Assembly: GCA_034670305.1 (NCBI GenBank)
Contig: JAXMNT010000006.1
Span: forward strand, 64,001 to 128,000
Direction of reading: 5' to 3'
DNA from: Deltaproteobacteria bacterium
GTDB taxonomy: Bacteria > Myxococcota_A > Polyangia > Polyangiales > Houyiibacteriaceae
Length of the DNA: 64,000 nt
Below, in pieces: positions 9,701-18,422 of the stretch. Position 1 is the stretch's first letter, and each line of letters begins with the position of its first letter. The position numbers were made by a program, and so were the translations under genes. Below the pieces are notes generated by a model. It worked only from the letters and a program-made list of their open reading frames with translations, ran no database searches and was not told the origin of the DNA.

Positions 9701-11845
9701 CGCCACCGCGTAGGCATGTCCCGGCACCCGTTCGAGGGCTTGCTCCAGGGTGCTCACGGCGTCGTCCGTGGATCCAGCCCGTGCGAGCGAGCGGGCTGCG
9801 GCGCACAGATGGGCAGCGGTCAGGTCGTCTTCTTCGGCGCGTCGCGCGAGCGCGAGGTGGGCCTTCGCGACAAGCGCGTCGTCTCCGCCCGCCGCACCCA
9901 CGAGGCGTGCTTCGTCGGGCGCCCACGCCCGCACCGCGTCCACCCCGAGCAGCGCGCCGAGGGTGGCCGCGCGCTCGCCCGCAGGTCCGAGCCCGAGTTG
10001 TTCGAAGATCCAAGTCGAACGCTCGGCCGGTTCGAGGTCGTGCGCGAGCAACTGAGTCAGCGCTTCGCTCGCATCGGCCTCTCGACCGGCGCGCAGCATG
10101 GCGTTGCACCACGCGCGCAGGATCGGTGCCGGTCGAGGGGCGCGCTGTACGGCCTTCGCGAACAGGCTGTGCGCGCGATCCATCTCTCCGAGCGAGGCGG
10201 CGATCTCCGCGCCCCGCCACGCCGCCAGACTGCGATCCTCGTCTGTCCCGAGATCGGCGCGGGCTTCGAGCGCGTCGATCCAACCGGTGGACGCCCCGGT
10301 GGCAAGCCACCACGAATCGAGCGTCGCCTCGGCGACCACCGAGTCCGGGGCGAGTTGCAGTGCTCGGCCGGCCAGGGCCAGCGCCTCGGCTTCGTGTCCT
10401 CCGGCGGCCGCCGCTTGGGCTGCGTAGTAGAGCAGCACCGCGTCGGTGGACGACCCGGCCGCAGTTGCGACAACGGCGGCCGGGGAGGGCGATCCCGTTT
10501 CGGTGGCCGCGCCGACTTCGAGTTCCGGGGTTTCCGCCGCACCGGCTTCGGTGTCGGTCGCGTCCGGGGCGTCCGGGTCGGCCGACCCGACCAAGGCGGC
10601 CGGGGGCAGCAGGTCGGCCAGCGGGTCCGCTTCGACCGCCGCTCCGAACTCGATGTCGAGACCGTCGTCGTCCTGCGAGGCCTGGCTCTCGGCCGACGCA
10701 GGCTCGGCAGGAGTCGCTTGGTCCGCGACTGCTTCGGAGGGCGCCTGTGCGGCGGCCTGGAACAGTTCGACGGCGCGCGCCACCGTTTCGCCGTCGCCGG
10801 CCCGGAAAGCGGCTTCGACGTGGAGCAAACGGAGGAGCGGATCGTCGGGCACCAGCGCGGCGGCGCGTCCGAGCAGCGACACGCCGCGGGGCGCGTCGTC
10901 CAGACGTTGCAGCGCAATGGTGGCCGCCTCCAAGAAGTACGCGCCCGCTTTGCCAGCCGCGCGGCGCTGATCGGTGAACCGGTCCACGCTGAACGCGCCC
11001 GATTCGCCGCCTCCCTGACCCCGTGCCGCAGCCGCCGCCAGATCGCCGAGTCCTTCCAAAGCGGTGACGAGGCCATCGAACCGTTCGTGCCGTCGGCCGA
11101 TGCGCTCCATCGCTTCGAAGACCCGAAACGACACGGTCTCGGAGGCGAGGGCTTGCTCGAGGATCCCAAACGCTTCGTCGACTTGGCCTTCACCACCTTC
11201 CGAGAGGTGTTCGGCGAGGTCGATCTGCAAGAGGGCCCGCCACACCGGATGGGTGGTCGAGGCGACCCGGCTGCGCATCGCCTGGGTGATGAGTTCGGTG
11301 TCGTTCGTACGTCGGGCGGCCCGCTCCAGAAAGAGCGCCGCGGCGCCCCCTCCGGGTCCATCGGTGTCTTCGACCGTCAACGCTTCCGCGAGCCGATGAC
11401 TCGCTTTGGCTCCATCCCGCTCCCGATCCTCGATGAGTGCGGCGAGGTCGGCGGCGGCGGAGGCGGCTTCGTCGGGACGGCGCGCCGCAGACTGCTCGGC
11501 GTCGTACAAGCGGGCGAGGTTCTTGAATGAACGGCGTCGCTCGAAGATCCGAATGAGATCGTAGAGGGGCGGCCGGAACCCGGGCGCGAGGTTGTAGGCG
11601 TTGAGGTAGGCCTTCACCGCGCCTGCGGCGTCGAGGGCCCGTTCGGCCAAATGCCCGATCTGCCAGCTCAGGACCGCCTTGGTGTGCCGGTCTTCCTCGG
11701 CGTCCAGTCGATCGCGGAGAATTGCGATGTGCTCATCGAGGTTTCCGCCCCCGGACGGAGGCCGAGAGGGCCGGGGGGGATCGAGAGGTGCGGACCCGGA
11801 TGGAGATGCCCCGGGTGGAGCGGGAATGGACGGGGGTTTCGCCAT
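6737..11845 (-). CDS. Giant TPR/alpha-solenoid protein (1702 aa)
   Basis: Long Ala/Leu/Glu-rich ORF with TPR-like repeats (GAVKAYLNAYNLAP, AQAAYRSALKSTP). The C-terminal domain resembles that of 705-6740. Confidence 0.8.
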   Translation of the reverse strand: MAKPPSIPAPPGASPSGSAPLDPPRPSRPPSGGGNLDEHIAILRDRLDAEEDRHTKAVLSWQIGHLAERALDAAGAVKAYLNAYNLAPGFRPPLYDLIRIFERRRSFKNLARLYDAEQSAARRPDEAASAAADLAALIEDRERDGAKASHRLAEALTVEDTDGPGGGAAALFLERAARRTNDTELITQAMRSRVASTTHPVWRALLQIDLAEHLSEGGEGQVDEAFGILEQALASETVSFRVFEAMERIGRRHERFDGLVTALEGLGDLAAAAARGQGGGESGAFSVDRFTDQRRAAGKAGAYFLEAATIALQRLDDAPRGVSLLGRAAALVPDDPLLRLLHVEAAFRAGDGETVARAVELFQAAAQAPSEAVADQATPAEPASAESQASQDDDGLDIEFGAAVEADPLADLLPPAALVGSADPDAPDATDTEAGAAETPELEVGAATETGSPSPAAVVATAAGSSTDAVLLYYAAQAAAAGGHEAEALALAGRALQLAPDSVVAEATLDSWWLATGASTGWIDALEARADLGTDEDRSLAAWRGAEIAASLGEMDRAHSLFAKAVQRAPRPAPILRAWCNAMLRAGREADASEALTQLLAHDLEPAERSTWIFEQLGLGPAGERAATLGALLGVDAVRAWAPDEARLVGAAGGDDALVAKAHLALARRAEEDDLTAAHLCAAARSLARAGSTDDAVSTLEQALERVPGHAYAVALLEMLYRARGDSAAVVKLLREAAEAHGGTRAAVVELLLAGAAAEAANDVDTAKETYEQAADQAPDSPSPLRALERLARTHDDDELMLRAQEGLSARELALGETRIATLEMGEHYALLGKGALAESPLQSCLESHVGVEAALALSTLPEDGAEPAVRLIGLEKLLAVAEGADRIQLRREHGQTAEVDLLDLAAVEHAIRELAPDEVAEGEPVKDDVWAMLAALALTTDGDRTLRGEVWLRLADATSDKVASADIFLHGLRTKLVVEGNDAADDVFLLAQDLGARAPDTASARAGIEETLEPGDDPDARAASLLGVLEHASPSTQPVLRAAAGRALSAARRQQALEINRAVVEADPWDLAGWEALRTAARAAGAWEDVVRACDQLLAHLDGDAAHGLQEEAAAVLLDHLDDPAGAEPRLAAVFDENPGRPNAFHRLHDLLAERADAEALVRIVKRRIEATDEGLERLFYELARLHRSRGELDEALEAIENLVLLDEQHVGGLALAVEINVSRGSWAPAVDGLRLIAKADVPAKQKRISRLGAADFLEHKLDDPAGALVELAAVDGLGYGTVDLFVRMAGLAERTGNTAAAAAALTKAAAGAEGADKAAHARRAAELHVAAGDHTSAQAAYRSALKSTPTDLEAARALAALLPDPSSREALADEVEGTIRAMIQRDGLAADLLRGLRDVADWRGDRVFEQTVLQALQAIGAATPEESRAAEEETGIMTRAAIESIDDARLRVMMPEAVGPLAELARLLDPVLCELIDLTPTALGVGRRELVGSGPHPVRDEIGVLSRLFALPEMDTFVGGDDPGRLLAMPGKKRHAWVIGDGVRSPLHPVHRFLVAQQACALRLGFSALVRRMPSDGATMLHAVAAASDHPLAAGMDRAGLVDWTRRLHKAMPRKTRKAAATLAAQVPDGGRDVEAFCVGVRRGAMRAGALVGGDLTSIVTALIDEHPSLAVVRATADANDLIHFWISPQMIELRRSLGT

Positions 11846-11934
11846 CGAGGCCTGGGCGGAACATAGCAGCAGCCCGTGTAGGATTGAACTGCGATTCCGA
11901 TCCCGAGAATCGATGCGGTGAAGTGGAGCGAGGC

Positions 11935-11970
11935 GTGTCCCCGGACGGGGTTTGAGGCCGTGCCCCCAGG
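11935..11970 (-). repeat. Partial inverted copy of the triple-hairpin dispersed element
   Basis: Reverse complement CCTGGGGGCACGGCCTCAAACCCCGTCCGGGGACAC matches the first half of the copies at 14355, 33693 and 45215. Confidence 0.7.
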
Positions 11971-12002
11971 ACCCACACGGGATGGGGCTCGGGACGTCCG
12001 GA

Positions 12003-13556
12003 CTACTGCAGCGCGGTCGTGGCGGCTTCGACGGATGCCCGAAGTGCGCCGTTCTTCAGGAGATCCTCACAAGCCGAGATGTCGACGTGCAATGTGCGGT
12101 CGCCTTCGAGGGTCGGAACCGTGCGCCGGATGGTCTGGAGCGCGGCGCGCACGCCCACGCCGCCCTGCAGTGGCTTGCGCAAGTCGAGCCCCTGAGCCGC
12201 GACCATCGCCTCGATCGCCAGCACGATCCGCACGTGGCCGACGATGCGTTCGAGTTTGCGGGCCGAGATGCTGCCCATCGAGACGTGGTCCTCTTTGCCG
12301 GCGGAGCTTGGGATCGAATCCGTGCTGGCCGGATGACACAGTCCCTTGTTCTCGCTCACCAGCGCCGCCGCGGTCACCTGGGCCATCATGAACCCCGAAT
12401 CCAGCCCGGAGCGGGTGCCCAGAAACGGCGGAAGCCCCGAACTCATCGCCGGGTTCACGAGCTGTTCGATCCGCCGTTCGGCGATGTTGGCCAGCTCGGC
12501 GCACGCCATGGCGGCGGTGTCGAGCGCGATGGCGAGCGGTTGACCGTGGAAGTTGCCGCCGCTGATGACGTCCGCGCCGGCTTCGCTGTCGTTCACGAAG
12601 ATGAGCGGGTTGTCGGTGGCCGCGACCATCTCGCGTTCGAGCACTGTGCGCGCAAACGTGAGCGCGTCGCGGCTCGCACCATGAACTTGGGGCATGCAGC
12701 GCAAGGAGTAGGGGTCTTGCACCTTCCGACAGTCGCGGTGGCCCTCCATGATGTCGGAGCCCGCGAGGATCGCTCGGAGGTTGTTTGCGCTCGCCGCCTG
12801 CCCTGGATGCGGCCGCATCTGCTGGATGCGAGGATCGAACGGCCGCGCCGATCCCTCGAGCGCGTCGAGGGACATCGCACCCACGATGTCGGCCAGCGTG
12901 CACAGGCGCTCCGCTTCGAGCACCGCCAGGCCGCCGACCCCGAGCATGAGCTGGGTGCCGTTGATGAGCGCTAGGCCTTCTTTCGCCTGCAGCGCGAGCG
13001 GTTCGAGTCCGAGCTGCCGCAGCACGTCGCCGCCCGGTTGCCGGACGCCCTTGTAGAACGCTTCCCCTTCGCCGATCAGCACCAGCGCGAGGTGCGCGAG
13101 CGGCGCGAGGTCGCCGGAGGCGCCGACGGAGCCCTGCGCAGGAATCACGGGGACCGCATCCGCATCGATCAGCTGCACGAGCCGTTCGATCACCAACGGA
13201 CGCACGCCGCTGCACCCGAGCGCCAGGACCTGCGCCCGCAGCGCCATCATCGCCCGCGCGGACTGGGTCGAGAGCGCGGGGCCCACCCCACACGCGTGGC
13301 TGCGCAGCAGGTTGTGTTGAAGCGTCCGGATCTCCTTGGCGTCGATGCGCGTCTCCGCCAGCGCCCCGAAACCGGTGTTGACCCCGTAGACGTTGGGCGC
13401 GTCGTCGCCGGCATCCGCGAGCCGCTCGACGAACGCATGCGCCGCCTCGACGTTGGACCGGGCCCCCTCACCGAAGACAAGCCGCGTCGTGCCGTTGGCG
13501 ATGCGTTCGAGCTCCTCGAGGGACCAGGCGCTGCCGAGTTCGATTTCACGAATCAT
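12003..13556 (-). CDS. hutH: Histidine ammonia-lyase
   Basis: VYGVNTGFG, LLRSHACG, MIO-forming GSVGASGDLAPLAH, KEGLALINGT, QDPYSLRC, GGNFHGQP and EDHVSMG motifs. Start MIREIEL overlaps the SDR stop (ATGA). Confidence 0.92.
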   Translation of the reverse strand: MIREIELGSAWSLEELERIANGTTRLVFGEGARSNVEAAHAFVERLADAGDDAPNVYGVNTGFGALAETRIDAKEIRTLQHNLLRSHACGVGPALSTQSARAMMALRAQVLALGCSGVRPLVIERLVQLIDADAVPVIPAQGSVGASGDLAPLAHLALVLIGEGEAFYKGVRQPGGDVLRQLGLEPLALQAKEGLALINGTQLMLGVGGLAVLEAERLCTLADIVGAMSLDALEGSARPFDPRIQQMRPHPGQAASANNLRAILAGSDIMEGHRDCRKVQDPYSLRCMPQVHGASRDALTFARTVLEREMVAATDNPLIFVNDSEAGADVISGGNFHGQPLAIALDTAAMACAELANIAERRIEQLVNPAMSSGLPPFLGTRSGLDSGFMMAQVTAAALVSENKGLCHPASTDSIPSSAGKEDHVSMGSISARKLERIVGHVRIVLAIEAMVAAQGLDLRKPLQGGVGVRAALQTIRRTVPTLEGDRTLHVDISACEDLLKNGALRASVEAATTALQ

Positions 13557-14305
13557 GTGGTTGTCCAGCCGCCGTCCATCACGAGTGTCTGGCCGGTCAC
13601 GTACGCCGCGTCGTCGCTCGCGAGGAACACGGCACCGCCGGCGATGTCGCTCGGCTGTCCGATTCGTTTGAGCGTCGTCCGGTCGACGACCATCTGTTTG
13701 ATGGTCGGGTTCGCGACGAGAGCCTGCGCAAAACGTGTCTCGATGAGGCCCGGGGCGATCGCGTTCACGCGAATGCCGGACGGCCCGAGTTCGGCACCGA
13801 GCGTCTGGGTCATGGAGATCACCGCGGCTTTGGTCATGCCGTAGGCGCCCTGCAGTGGCGCGGCCATCTGTCCGAGCACGCTGGCGACGTTGATGATCGA
13901 GCCGGGGCTCTTGCGCGCGAGCAAGTGCTCCGCGACCGCCTTGGCGCACGCGAAGTACCCCTTCACGTTCACTTCGAACGTCTTGTCCCACGCCGCCCAC
14001 TCGCAGTTGAGCATCGGTCCGAAGTAGGGGTTGGTCGCGGCGTTGTTGACCAGGATGTCGACCTGCCCGAACTGTTTCACCGCGCCTTCGACCAATGCAG
14101 TCACCTGCTCGGGTTTGCCGGTGTGGCAGGCGATCGGAAACGCGTGATCACCGATCGATTCCGCCACCGGGACGAGGCCGTCGATCTTGCGCGATGCGAG
14201 CACCACGCGCGCGCCTTCTTCGGCCAATGCGCGGGCGATGGCCTCGCCGATTCCGCGGCTCGCGCCCGTGACGATCGCAACTTTGCCTTCGAGTCTGCTT
14301 CCCAT
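13553..14305 (-). CDS. Short-chain dehydrogenase/reductase (classical SDR)
   Basis: TGASRGIG, LVNNAA, catalytic YGMTK, IRVNAIAPG and TGQTLVMDGG motifs. Confidence 0.92.
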   Translation of the reverse strand: MGSRLEGKVAIVTGASRGIGEAIARALAEEGARVVLASRKIDGLVPVAESIGDHAFPIACHTGKPEQVTALVEGAVKQFGQVDILVNNAATNPYFGPMLNCEWAAWDKTFEVNVKGYFACAKAVAEHLLARKSPGSIINVASVLGQMAAPLQGAYGMTKAAVISMTQTLGAELGPSGIRVNAIAPGLIETRFAQALVANPTIKQMVVDRTTLKRIGQPSDIAGGAVFLASDDAAYVTGQTLVMDGGWTTT

Positions 14306-14354
14306 GCGCGGGACCATACTCGACCTCGTGCGGATATGAAGGAGCCGGCTGTTT

Positions 14355-14425
14355 CTTGGGGCACAGCCCCCAAACCCGTCCCGGTGACACCGCTGGCTCG
14401 GTTCGCGAGGCTCCACGCTGTCGAG
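14355..14425 (+). repeat. Triple-hairpin dispersed element (REP/MITE-like), copy 1, intergenic
   Basis: CTTGGGGCACAGCCCCCAAACCCGTCCCGGTGACACCGCTGGCTCGGTTCGCGAGGCTCCACGCTGTCGAG, near-identical to 33693-33765 and 45215-45286. Confidence 0.9.
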
Positions 14426-14468
14426 ACGCTACTATCCACCGCTGCTCGGTCTGGTTTAGGCTCGCCGG

Positions 14469-15092
14469 ATGGCCGGCGGCGACGACGACGACGGGGGCAA
14501 ACCCCCGCACAAGACCCATCGCGGGTACCACACGCCCGGCGTCGACGACCCGAAGGACATGTTCGGGGACGAGACGGTCGTCGAACCCGAGAAGGCCCGG
14601 CTGGACGAGAGCGGGGACTTCTACATCCCGCCCGGTGCCACCCTGAAGGCGCCGCGCCCTTTGCACGACGACGTGCCGCTGGTCGAAGTCGAGGTCGTAC
14701 ACCAGGTCGGGCGCGCCCCGCGGGTGGAACAGCCCGCCGGCGTGCTCGAGGTCTGGACCCAGAACCGCATCTACACGATGGACCCCGCGCTCACGTGCAT
14801 CTCCGTGGCCAACCGCGACAGCGGCAAGACCGATGAGAGCCACCCCTTCCTCGGCTACAAGATGGTCGGCGGGCAGCACCGCGACGGAGAGTCTTTCGAG
14901 ATCTCCTACCCGTATCCGCGGCCGGGCACCGAAGCGGTGTTCGAGCACCCCGACTCTCGGCGGGGTGCGTTCTCCCGCACCTCGACGGTGACCCGCGTCG
15001 TGCTCCGACTGCACGTCGTGACGGTTTCGCAGGGCGTCCTGGTTCCGACGTGGAGCCGCATCACCAACCACGATCTCAAACTTCCCGAGTAG
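14469..15092 (+). CDS. Hypothetical protein
   Basis: 207-aa ORF with GC3-rich codons and a globular C-terminal half (EVWTQNRIY...HPFLGYKMVGGQ). TAGGCT 6 nt upstream of the ATG. Confidence 0.75.
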   Translation: MAGGDDDDGGKPPHKTHRGYHTPGVDDPKDMFGDETVVEPEKARLDESGDFYIPPGATLKAPRPLHDDVPLVEVEVVHQVGRAPRVEQPAGVLEVWTQNRIYTMDPALTCISVANRDSGKTDESHPFLGYKMVGGQHRDGESFEISYPYPRPGTEAVFEHPDSRRGAFSRTSTVTRVVLRLHVVTVSQGVLVPTWSRITNHDLKLPE

Positions 15093-15095
15093 GCC

Positions 15096-15383
15096 GTGGA
15101 TCGCGACGCGCTCAAACGCTGGCTCACCGGGCCGAGCAAGACCTGGCGCTGGAACGACGGCGACCGGGAACGGTACCGCGGGGTGGAAGTGACGGCCGAA
15201 GGGCTTCGCTGGTTCCATTGGTCGCACATGCCGGAAGACGGCGGGCCCGAAGAGGTCGCCACCCAGACCGTGGACGCGTTTCTGACCTCGGGCCCGCCCG
15301 CTGGGTTCGAGATCGATTCGGCGCGCAGCCAGGAGATATCGGAGTGGATCGCGGCGAACCTGGAGCCCACGGAGTCCGAGTGA
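15096..15383 (+). CDS. Small hypothetical protein
   Basis: 95-aa ORF starting 3 nt after the previous stop and overlapping the next start (GTGA). Confidence 0.65.
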   Translation: MDRDALKRWLTGPSKTWRWNDGDRERYRGVEVTAEGLRWFHWSHMPEDGGPEEVATQTVDAFLTSGPPAGFEIDSARSQEISEWIAANLEPTESE

Positions 15384-16435
15384 CTGAAGCGGCGGTGAAA
15401 GAACCGTTGCCCGCGGACCGGTTCCTCTCCGCCGGCCGCAAGACGCATCTGCGGCTCTGGAACGTGACCGAGACCGCTCGCGAAGTACGTTACGTGCGGA
15501 CCGCAGATGGCTGGCACCTCGCGCTCTCGCGCTACGGCGACCTCGGCAAGGTGCCAGGCGCACGACGGCATCCGGTGCTGCTGGTCCATGGCCTCGGATC
15601 GAACCGTCTCGCGTTCGACCTCGCGCCGGAAGTGTCGCTCTCTGCGTTTCTGGCGCGCCTGGGGTTCGACGTCTTCGCGCTCGATCTGCGCGGCCACGGA
15701 CGCAGCGAGAAACCGCGGCTCTTTCATCCGAAGGACTGGGGCTGGAACTTCCACGACTACGCGTCCAAAGATCTCCCCGCCGCGCTCGATGGCGTGCTCG
15801 CGTGGACCGGCGCGCCCGGTGTGCACGTGGTCGGGCACAGCATGGGCGGCATCGCGCTTCACACGCGGGTGGCGAAACTCGACCCGCGCATCCGGAGCGG
15901 CACGACCCTCGGCGCATCGATCGACTACAGCGGCACCAAGACCGTCTTTCACGCACTCATCAAGTGGATCTGGGCGACCTACCTGATGCCCGCGGTGCCG
16001 CTCGGCGGGTTCACGCGTTCGATGGCGCCGCTCGCGCTCGCGTTCGACAACCCGATCGATCGGGTGAACGTCTTCCCGTCCAACGTCGATCGGCGGCTCT
16101 ACCGCCGGCTCGTCGGCACCGCGTTTCACGGCATCAGTTCTCCGGTGCTGCGAAGTCTGTCGAAAGCCTTTCGACCCGGCGGGCTGTGCGACGAGAACGG
16201 AGACGGCTACTGCGACGCGGTCCCAGGCGAGACGCCGGTGCTTGCGCTGGCCGGCACCAAGGACGTGCAGTGTGCACCCGAAGCCGCCGCCCGCCGATGC
16301 ACCGAGATGCGCGCGTTCGGCCGCGCGTTCGACCACGCAGACGACTACGGCCACTTCGATCTCATCATGGGCAAACGCGCCGCCAGCGAGACGTGGCCGG
16401 TCCTGGCCGAGTGGCTCACCGCCCACGACTCGTGA
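15380..16435 (+). CDS. Alpha/beta-fold hydrolase (lipase/esterase-like)
   Basis: LLVHGLG, DLRGHGRS, nucleophile GHSMGG, GTKD and YGHFDL motifs. Confidence 0.88.
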   Translation: MTEAAVKEPLPADRFLSAGRKTHLRLWNVTETAREVRYVRTADGWHLALSRYGDLGKVPGARRHPVLLVHGLGSNRLAFDLAPEVSLSAFLARLGFDVFALDLRGHGRSEKPRLFHPKDWGWNFHDYASKDLPAALDGVLAWTGAPGVHVVGHSMGGIALHTRVAKLDPRIRSGTTLGASIDYSGTKTVFHALIKWIWATYLMPAVPLGGFTRSMAPLALAFDNPIDRVNVFPSNVDRRLYRRLVGTAFHGISSPVLRSLSKAFRPGGLCDENGDGYCDAVPGETPVLALAGTKDVQCAPEAAARRCTEMRAFGRAFDHADDYGHFDLIMGKRAASETWPVLAEWLTAHDS

Positions 16436-16445
16436 GTGCATCGCG

Positions 16446-16787
16446 ATGGAACTGCATCACCTGGCGCTGAGGACCCGCGACGTCGAGCGGCTCGTCGCGT
16501 TCTACCGCCGGGTGTTCGATCTCTTGGTCGTGCGCGAAGGCCCGCACGGCTGCGGCCAAAGCGTGTGGCTACAGCTCGAGCATGGGGTGCTGATGATCGA
16601 ACCCGCAGCCGAAGACGAACCGTCGATCGATCCGCAGAGCCTCGAGCTCGTCGCGTTTCGGGTCGACCTCGCGCGGCGCGCGGAGATCGAAGCGCGGGTG
16701 TCGGTCGAAGCCCGCACCGAACACACGATCTACTTCCGAGATCCCGACGGCCGCCGCCTCGCCGTGTCCACCCACCCGCTCGACTGA
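16446..16787 (+). CDS. VOC/glyoxalase family protein
   Basis: [18 protein letters not shown] at the N-terminus and [11 protein letters not shown] near the C-terminus. Confidence 0.85.
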   Translation: MELHHLALRTRDVERLVAFYRRVFDLLVVREGPHGCGQSVWLQLEHGVLMIEPAAEDEPSIDPQSLELVAFRVDLARRAEIEARVSVEARTEHTIYFRDPDGRRLAVSTHPLD

Positions 16788-16810
16788 GCACGGGCGCGGC
16801 GACGCAAGGC

Positions 16811-16956
16811 CGGCATCGGCATCGGCATCGGCATCGGCGTCGGCTTCGGCGTCGGCTTCGGCGTCGGCTTCGCCTTCGGCTTCGGCTTCGGCATCGGCAT
16901 CGGCATCGGCTCCGGCATCGGCATCGGCTTCGCCTTCGGCTTCGCCCTTCGGCTTC
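16811..16956. repeat. Degenerate hexamer tract (DTCGGC)n between convergent genes
   Basis: About 24 units of ATCGGC/GTCGGC/TTCGGC. Confidence 0.95.
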
Positions 16957-16971
16957 ACGTGTTTGCTCGGA

Positions 16972-18351
16972 TCACCCGCCAGCGGCCACTTGGCGCCGCG
17001 CCACTGCAACCCCAGAGCGTGCCCCGCGCCAACGTTTGTCGGCCGCTCGGGCCCCGTGCGAGCGGAGCGACACCGGAAGCCCGGACGCGTCTTCGACGAA
17101 GCGCAGGAGCGCTGCTTCGCTCCCGACCGAAACCGTCCCGACCCCCACCTCGTTCAGGTGCGCCGTCAGCGCACTCTGGTGGTCCAAGTCTTCGGGACCG
17201 CCCAGCGGAAGTCGGTTCCGCAGCAGTCCCTCGTACCGGTCGACCGCACGCCACGACGCGTCGACGCGATCGAGGTGTGTCACCGCCAGCGCGTCCATGG
17301 GCGCGCAGTCGAGCGCGTAGCGGAGCAACACTCCGTCGAGCCAGCCGCGCCGGAACCCGCCCTGCCACCCCGTGTCGCCGTTGTGCGGTTCCGGTGTGCG
17401 TGCGTCCAGCGCACGGCACTCGGAGGGAAACGGCCCCTCTCCGTGGCGCGTCAGGTAGCTGCGCACCACCCCGAGCCGCACCGCCTCTCGGCCCGTCCCA
17501 TCCAGCATCTCGAGCGGGCGGGCGGCGGTGCAGGTGCTCCAGGTCGTGTGCGGATGGAAGCCGCGCCACTCGTCGAGCAGCACCCCCTGCGCGCCTTCGA
17601 ACAGGATCGGGTCGGGGCCCCGTGCGATCGCCTCGAAGTAGCCGCCGTCGACCAGCGCCGGTCGGTGCATGAGCGGCGCCAGCGCTTCCACGAACCGCTC
17701 GATCATCTCTTCGTCTTCGAGCAGGGCGAGTTCCACCGCGCTGAGCGGATCGGACGCATCGAGACCCAAGCCCGCGGCGATCGCCCGGGCCCGTTCGCGG
17801 ATGACGCGAAGCTTCCGGGGAAGGGCGGCCGGTCTCCACAGATCGGCCGCATGGAGGACCGCCGCGGGCGCTTCGAGCGACGACCGCACCGTCTCTCCGA
17901 CGCCGACTCCGACGGTGCCGTGGACCGGGACGCCCGCATGTGCGCGGGCGCGCTCCCGAAGCCGCACGAGCGCGCGTTCGTAGGGTGTGGTGACGAGCGC
18001 TCGGCCGTCGATGGTCCACCGTCCGAGCGCGTCGTGCACCCCGAGCCGCGCAAGCCGCGCCGCCTCTTCGAGGAGCGCAAGCGGCTCGAGAACGAAGTGC
18101 GGTCCGTGGTGGGTTCGCACGCTCGCAAGGAAGCTGGCCGCGCCGAACTGCGCGAAGCAGTGGTGACGCCCATCGCCGTCCACGACGTTGTGCCCGGCCT
18201 GTGCGCCGCCGTTCGCGCGCACGACGTGGATGGGCTGCAGGCCGCCCTCGGCATGGGCCAAGATGTCCCGCGCCAAGAAGTCGACGGTGGTGCCCTTGCC
18301 GCAGTCGCCGAACCCCAGGTCGACGACGATCCATGTTGCGCGTTCCGACAT
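16972..18351 (-). CDS. Adenylosuccinate synthetase-like protein (divergent PurA paralog)
   Basis: GFGDCGKG, RANGGAQAGHNV, EGAQGVLLD, TRHGEGPFPSE, RGWLD and VTHLD motifs. Strong SD (AGGAGG) upstream. Confidence 0.85.
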   Translation of the reverse strand: MSERATWIVVDLGFGDCGKGTTVDFLARDILAHAEGGLQPIHVVRANGGAQAGHNVVDGDGRHHCFAQFGAASFLASVRTHHGPHFVLEPLALLEEAARLARLGVHDALGRWTIDGRALVTTPYERALVRLRERARAHAGVPVHGTVGVGVGETVRSSLEAPAAVLHAADLWRPAALPRKLRVIRERARAIAAGLGLDASDPLSAVELALLEDEEMIERFVEALAPLMHRPALVDGGYFEAIARGPDPILFEGAQGVLLDEWRGFHPHTTWSTCTAARPLEMLDGTGREAVRLGVVRSYLTRHGEGPFPSECRALDARTPEPHNGDTGWQGGFRRGWLDGVLLRYALDCAPMDALAVTHLDRVDASWRAVDRYEGLLRNRLPLGGPEDLDHQSALTAHLNEVGVGTVSVGSEAALLRFVEDASGLPVSLRSHGARAADKRWRGARSGVAVARRQVAAGG

Positions 18352-18422
18352 CGTTCTCCTCCTCGAACGCGTCCGCCGCGGACGGTCCAGGCCTTTGGGA
18401 CCGGCGGCGGACGGTTCTCCGA

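Noticed and set aside
1716-11530. Very long plus-strand ORFs (1691 and 1639 aa)
   Set aside because: Antisense shadows of the GC-rich TPR genes, with no recognisable motifs.
16972-18351. PurZ / Z-genome pathway
   Set aside because: The P-loop keeps Asp (GDCGKG) rather than the PurZ Ser, and there are no dATPase, MazZ or phage genes nearby.
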